Of a stretch of 64,000 nt of DNA, positions 59,457-64,000 are shown in pieces. This DNA is from Desulfobacterales bacterium (GTDB lineage Bacteria; Desulfobacterota; Desulfobacteria; Desulfobacterales; UBA2174): assembly GCA_963668645.2 (NCBI GenBank), contig CAXXWC010000006.1:128001-192000 (forward strand). Reading direction: 5' to 3'. Below the pieces are notes generated by a model that was not told the DNA's origin, ran no database searches, and saw nothing but the letters and a program-made list of their open reading frames with translations. The stretch's first letter is position 1, and each line of letters begins with the position of its first letter. Both the position numbers and the translations under genes were made by a program.

Positions 59457-60491
59457 TCACTCCTTTTCCGCGGCGGCTTCCTCGAGGGACTTGACCACCG
59501 GCAAACCGGCTTCGACCATCTTTTCCCGGAAATCGTCCTCGTATTCTTCGTAGGTATGCACCTTGACCGGGTAGTTCCACGGATTGACGTGGCGCCGGGC
59601 CCGGGTGTCGGTGGTCAGATTGCGCGTGGGGCTCAGAAAAATACCGCCCAGATGCATCAGCTTGCTAAAGGGGAAATAGGCCAGCAGAACGCTGACGAAA
59701 AACAGATGCCCGTAAAATAGACCGCCGATCCCCTTGAGCACGGCAGTTTCGGGAAAGCTGAAAGTCACCAGCCCCATGGTCAAAGCCTTGATGTCGACGA
59801 TGTCCACCTTGGAAAAGTAGCGCATCAGAATCCCGGTAAAGGCGATCCCGAAAATCAAAAAGAGGGGGAAAAAGTCGTTGGCCAGGGAAATGTAGCGCAC
59901 CGTGGGGATAAAAATCCGCCGCAGGGCCAGGTAGAGCACGGCCGCGGCCAGCACGATGCCCGACATGTAAACCACCGGCAGGCCGAACTGGAAAAAGGAG
60001 TCCACCGCCTCGATCAGCTTGATCGGCAGCGGCACCGGCTCCATGAAAAAACGCAGGTGGCGCACCAGCACGGCGGCAAAGGCATAGTGAAACGCCAGGG
60101 CACCGAGCCAGAGGAAAATCTCGAGCTGGTAGGTAATCCGTCCGTCCGTCTTGGCCCGCATGCGGGTGTTGCGGAAAAGCGATCGGAAGGTGACGATCTC
60201 CAGGAACATGCGCACCACCACGGCCCCGGTGGTGGTTGGATTATCGATGCTGTTGGGACGGATCCAGGGCAATGTCTTTTGCTGGCCGCAGGTGGTCGGG
60301 ATGCGGAACGGCACCGCGGACCGAGCCCAGCTCATTACCCGCCGTGCGAAGCCGATGACAAAGACCAGCAGGGCGGCATAAGGGATCAAGACCCCGAAAA
60401 TCCACTGCAGGCCCACGGCTTCCGTTCCCACGTAGGCAATCAAAAACAGCACGATCACCGCCAGGAAGGAGTACATGTACTTGACATTCAT
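59457..60491 (-). CDS. dsrM: DsrM (NarI-like cytochrome b)
   Basis: PFRIPTTCGQQ, FRSLFRNT, FH, RH.R.F, YFPFSKLMH. Confidence 0.96.
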   Translation of the reverse strand: MNVKYMYSFLAVIVLFLIAYVGTEAVGLQWIFGVLIPYAALLVFVIGFARRVMSWARSAVPFRIPTTCGQQKTLPWIRPNSIDNPTTTGAVVVRMFLEIVTFRSLFRNTRMRAKTDGRITYQLEIFLWLGALAFHYAFAAVLVRHLRFFMEPVPLPIKLIEAVDSFFQFGLPVVYMSGIVLAAAVLYLALRRIFIPTVRYISLANDFFPLFLIFGIAFTGILMRYFSKVDIVDIKALTMGLVTFSFPETAVLKGIGGLFYGHLFFVSVLLAYFPFSKLMHLGGIFLSPTRNLTTDTRARRHVNPWNYPVKVHTYEEYEDDFREKMVEAGLPVVKSLEEAAAEKE

Positions 60492-60522
60492 CGAACCTTA
60501 CCTCTCCACCGGAAAATGTTGG

Positions 60523-61068
60523 TTAAACGATTCCCTTCGGCTCTGCGGCCGACTCTTGGACCGGTGTTTCCGCCACCAGGCCCGCACGCGCAAAGGCGTG
60601 ATGGATGCGGTTCTTTTCCAGATCGACCTTGAGCTGATACAAGGTTTCACGGCATTTTAGATAGACGTCGAAAGCCACCAGAAGCATCGCGTCGATGCGG
60701 TCCTCGATCTCTCGCAGGTCTGCAAGGGCCTGCCCATCGGTGGGATCTTTGTGGCAAATCCCGCGAATCAGCGGCTTGAGTGCAAGGACAAAGGCCGTGG
60801 CTTGGGTCGGGCTGAAAGACTGAACAGCGCGGATGCGAATGATCGGATCCAGGGCCTGGTTGAACGCCTCGGGACCGGCCCCCTGCACCAAGGCATCGAA
60901 GGCGGCCTTGAGTCCTTCGAGGGTCGTCTTGCCCACCGGATTGTGAAACGGGTCGCGATTGGCTTTGAGAAAGCGGGCGGTGTCTGGCGGATAGGTGGCG
61001 ACCACCAAGTCGAACCATTTTTTGACGATGGTGGAGTTGTTGGCCGCCAAACGCTCAACAAGTTTCAT
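60523..61068 (-). CDS. dsrT: DsrT (RsbRD N-terminal domain protein)
   Basis: W......YP......K...DPF.NPVG, IIRIRAVQ.F.P..A..F...LK, AFD.Y..CRE; directly upstream of dsrM; RBS GGAGG. Confidence 0.88.
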   Translation of the reverse strand: MKLVERLAANNSTIVKKWFDLVVATYPPDTARFLKANRDPFHNPVGKTTLEGLKAAFDALVQGAGPEAFNQALDPIIRIRAVQSFSPTQATAFVLALKPLIRGICHKDPTDGQALADLREIEDRIDAMLLVAFDVYLKCRETLYQLKVDLEKNRIHHAFARAGLVAETPVQESAAEPKGIV

Positions 61069-61182
61069 CGATGACCGCTCCCACCTCCCGGCGCAGACCG
61101 CCCAGAGGGGTCCGGGGTAAAAAAATTGTTCCAAGCTGACAGGCAGTTCGGTAGAATTACCAGGATTCGTTCGAAGTTCAAT

Positions 61183-61211
61183 TTTCTAAACAAGTTCCCA
61201 AATCCTGTCAA
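61183..61211 (-). promoter_or_regulatory. Putative sigma70 promoter of dsrTMKJOP
   Basis: Minus strand TTGACA-N17-TAGAAA. Confidence 0.55.
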
Positions 61212-61383
61212 GGGTAAATCATCCGGCCCGAGGGCGCCTCAGCCTCGGGGTGGGGCAGCGTAAGGTGCTGTGTCAAACGGTCCCGCCGGCAAGCACTATA
61301 TGGCCCGCAACGCACCGATTGGCGGGTAGGAAGACGTCTTTTTCCAGAAAGAGAGAGAGAGGCGGAAAACTCGACCAATCCGG

Positions 61384-61812
61384 TTATCCGTGTTGGAGAT
61401 AGGCCTTTTTCCAGGGGCTGGCCGCCATCTGGCGGGCGGTGGTCAAGGCTTTATAAAGCGCGCCGACGGCCAGTTCCGCGCAGTGAAAGTGATCCGGGGG
61501 AAGGGTTTGCAAATAGGCGGCCACCTTTTCCGGGGTGACTTCCCAGGCCCTTTCCAGGGGCTTGCCTTCAATCATGGCGACCACCGTGTTGGCGCAGGCA
61601 TTGGTGTGCAGGCAACCGTTCGTCTCGTAGGCCGCATTACGGATCAGACCGTTGCGCACGATCAAAAAGAGTTCCACCGTATCGCCGCAATCGCCTGTAT
61701 TTTTTCCGTATCCATCCGGGCTGGCAAGTGTTTCGCGCTTGTCGGTACGAAAGGCCATCTCGAGGAAGTGGATGGAATGGTCCTGCCAAAAATCGAATTG
61801 GTTTTCTGCCAT
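61384..61812 (-). CDS. NifU/IscU N-terminal-like Fe-S scaffold protein
   Basis: GDCGDT, NGC, LPPDHFHCA. Confidence 0.85.
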   Translation of the reverse strand: MAENQFDFWQDHSIHFLEMAFRTDKRETLASPDGYGKNTGDCGDTVELFLIVRNGLIRNAAYETNGCLHTNACANTVVAMIEGKPLERAWEVTPEKVAAYLQTLPPDHFHCAELAVGALYKALTTARQMAASPWKKAYLQHG

Positions 61813-61883
61813 ACGGTAAGGCTCCGGATTAGTGGGCAACAAATCATCACCGGCGCCAAGCATATGAAGCGGCGCACGGATTG

Positions 61884-63233
61884 TCAATCTCCCGCGTCCG
61901 CAGGCAAAACCGTTTCTTTCTGATTCTGAATCCGCTTTTGGATATGCAACCTCAAGGTATTGCGATGAATGCCGAGCAACGCCGCTGCCCGGCTGCGGTT
62001 TCCCCCGCTTTGGGCCAGTGCCTGGTCGATCATCTGCCAGCGAAATTGGTCGCTGGCGCGATGCCAGTCCATCGACGGACCCTCGGCGCAAGCCGGATCG
62101 AGATGGGTCGAAATAGTGACTTCGTCTATGACCTGCCTGTCGGTAAGGGTCCAAAGCCGATGAATTACACTCTTGAGCTGCCTTACGTTGCCGGGCCAAC
62201 GATAGCCTTCCAGCAGGTTTCGGCCCCCGCTGGTAATCGAAGGGCGCACGATGCCGCCTTTGCCAACAAGCCGGTGGAAAAAGTAATCCACCAACAAACG
62301 AATGTCGCCGGCGCGGCGCCGCAAAGGCGGCATGTCCACCGCCAGGACCTTGACCCGGTAATAAAGATCCTCGCGCAGCCTCCCGCAGCGCATGAGCTGG
62401 TACAGATCCTGGTTGCTGGTGGCCACATAGCGCACATCGGCCCTGATGACCCGGTTGCTGCCAAGCGGCGCAAAGCATTTATCCTGCAAAATTCGCAGTA
62501 GCTTTGACTGCATGGCAAGATCCATGGTGTCGATGTCATCGATGAGCAGCGTGCCCTGCTGGGCGCTTTCAAGGCATCCGCAGCGATCATTGATGGCACC
62601 GGTGAAAGCCCCGCGCCGGTGGCCAAACAGGTTGCTTTCCATCAGGGACGACGGTCCCTGGCCGCAGTGCATAACGATAAAAGGACCGTTACAGCGGGCA
62701 CTGGCCGCATGAATCGCTCTGGCGGCCAATTCCTTGCCGGTGCCGGTTTCCCCCTGGATCAAGACCGTTTCATCGGCGGCCGCGATACGCCGTATCCGAT
62801 CGAAAACATCCAGCATGATCTGACTGGCGGCCACCATGCGGTGCAGCCCCGGAAAGGCGCCGTCATCGCCGGTTCGGGTATTTGCGGATCCGGAACAATC
62901 GAGGGCCTGGTGCAATCGTTTTTCAGCCTCCGGATCGCACAACCGGACCTGGAACGTTTTGGACGGCAAGGATCTTGCGAAAGACCCGGCACCGTTGATC
63001 ACGGCAACGATTCGCCGGGGCATGGTGCAGGATCCGGCTTCAAAAAGGTGCGCCAGCATCGCCGGATCGGCCACCAGGGCATGGATGGGATTATGGTTCA
63101 ACAGATCGCGAATGCTGCCTTGAGTGCTGGCGAACATCACCGGCCTCGGCACGAATTCCATCATCTGACGGATGTGCTGCTGCGCGCCAGGATCGGTAAG
63201 CGCCACCAGAATCCATGATTTGTCAGGCTCCAA
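61884..63233 (-). CDS. Sigma54-dependent activator with a degenerate receiver-like N-terminus
   Basis: GETGTGKE, ESNLFGH, GAFTGA, REDLYYR, WPGNVRQL, HTH. Confidence 0.85.
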   Translation of the reverse strand: MEPDKSWILVALTDPGAQQHIRQMMEFVPRPVMFASTQGSIRDLLNHNPIHALVADPAMLAHLFEAGSCTMPRRIVAVINGAGSFARSLPSKTFQVRLCDPEAEKRLHQALDCSGSANTRTGDDGAFPGLHRMVAASQIMLDVFDRIRRIAAADETVLIQGETGTGKELAARAIHAASARCNGPFIVMHCGQGPSSLMESNLFGHRRGAFTGAINDRCGCLESAQQGTLLIDDIDTMDLAMQSKLLRILQDKCFAPLGSNRVIRADVRYVATSNQDLYQLMRCGRLREDLYYRVKVLAVDMPPLRRRAGDIRLLVDYFFHRLVGKGGIVRPSITSGGRNLLEGYRWPGNVRQLKSVIHRLWTLTDRQVIDEVTISTHLDPACAEGPSMDWHRASDQFRWQMIDQALAQSGGNRSRAAALLGIHRNTLRLHIQKRIQNQKETVLPADAGD

Positions 63234-63602
63234 GGCTTTTCACCACTTTAAAGAAAGTCACAAAAGGGGCGTCGATGCTTTCGGAAAAATAGAGACCGGC
63301 TGACCATGAGCGTAAAAATAACTTACGAAATCAGCAAGTTCAATTCGATAATATTAAAATACAAACCACATAACGCCATCTGAGTCAACCGTTTACTAAT
63401 TAAATATATTTTTTTAATTATTCATAATTTTAATAGCCATTGAAGAGCCTCATACAGGATAAATTCCCCTGTCGGAGATTCACTGGTACCATGTTTTTAT
63501 AATAGCATATATACAGCTACAGCAATGACGTAGGGTAAAAGCAGGTCTCGTCTGAGTGGGGCGAGATCAACCGCCTGGAGGGGATTAAAACAATGGGAGT
63601 GC

Positions 63603-63643
63603 AAAAAAATACGACCGATCAGTCGGCGTTCTGATCGGTCGTA
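63603..63643 (-). terminator. Probable minus-strand Rho-independent terminator
   Basis: Perfect 13-bp stem TACGACCGATCAG/CTGATCGGTCGTA followed by T7 on the minus strand. Confidence 0.65.
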
Positions 63644-64000
63644 ACGGAGGAGAACAGATGATGATGTTGGTTTCGCAATAAAGTGACTGCAAGATGCTTG
63701 CCAAGCATCTCAAAACTTCCAGAAAAAAAGACAACTATTCGATATCTTGGAATATCGCACCAAACCAAACGGTTTATAAGTCCATTGCCGGTGACTCGGG
63801 ATTCCACTCTGAATGCTGCATCGCCTTGTTCGAGGTTCAAGAAATTGAACCGTCGTGCCGGATATTTCACGAATGCCTTTAAATACAAATAGATACGCAA
63901 TCTCCAGACGGGTTTAAAATCTTGAACGGCTTTCGAGCACATGGCCATTGCAGCCCTTACACCCTGTTTTTATTGAAAAATCTATGAGTTTAGAAAATTG

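Noticed and set aside
61350..61361. (AG)n microsatellite
   Set aside because: Only about 6 units, intergenic, no functional evidence
63853..63873. Rex operator (TCGTG...TTCACGAA)
   Set aside because: Only one good half-site and the spacing is too long
63619..63948. 109-aa minus-strand ORF
   Set aside because: No motifs, atypical composition, and its stop codon lies inside the terminator stem

Overview
GC-rich chromosomal segment of a sulfate-reducing deltaproteobacterium (Desulfobacterales-like, inferred from a complete dsrTMKJOP operon at 55.4-61.1 kb). 0-3.1 kb is a decaying, rearranged patch: 3' end of moaA, a short ThiF-like gene, a REP doublet, a degenerate second moaA fragment, tenA and an N-truncated VapC. 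3.1-8.9 kb is an uncharacterised amino-acid permease/PLP-lyase/GMC-oxidoreductase/SDR cluster. 9-29 kb holds mostly housekeeping and signalling genes (csaA, LarA-like, LpxR-like, USP, coaE, fused MetF-MetV, sigma54 activator, hybrid kinase, baeRF, SLT, a CsgG/FlgT-like trio, asd, GNAT). The asd-GNAT intergenic region has a 178-nt, strand-specific, G.U-rich rod-like RNA fold between two 42-bp direct repeats. 29.2-54.3 kb is a ~25-kb catabolic island. It has a PAS sigma54 activator, two sigma54 promoters with near-identical tandem enhancers, a CoA-dependent dicarboxylate module, two TAXI-TRAP transporters, and several enzymes with altered catalytic motifs (Glu-less acyl-CoA dehydrogenase, His-less SdhA-like flavoprotein, domain-swapped serine-dehydratase homologue). 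The island and the candidate ncRNA are the best candidates for undescribed biology. No rRNA, tRNA, CRISPR array or intact transposase was seen. All product calls rest on motif recognition only; no database searches were run.
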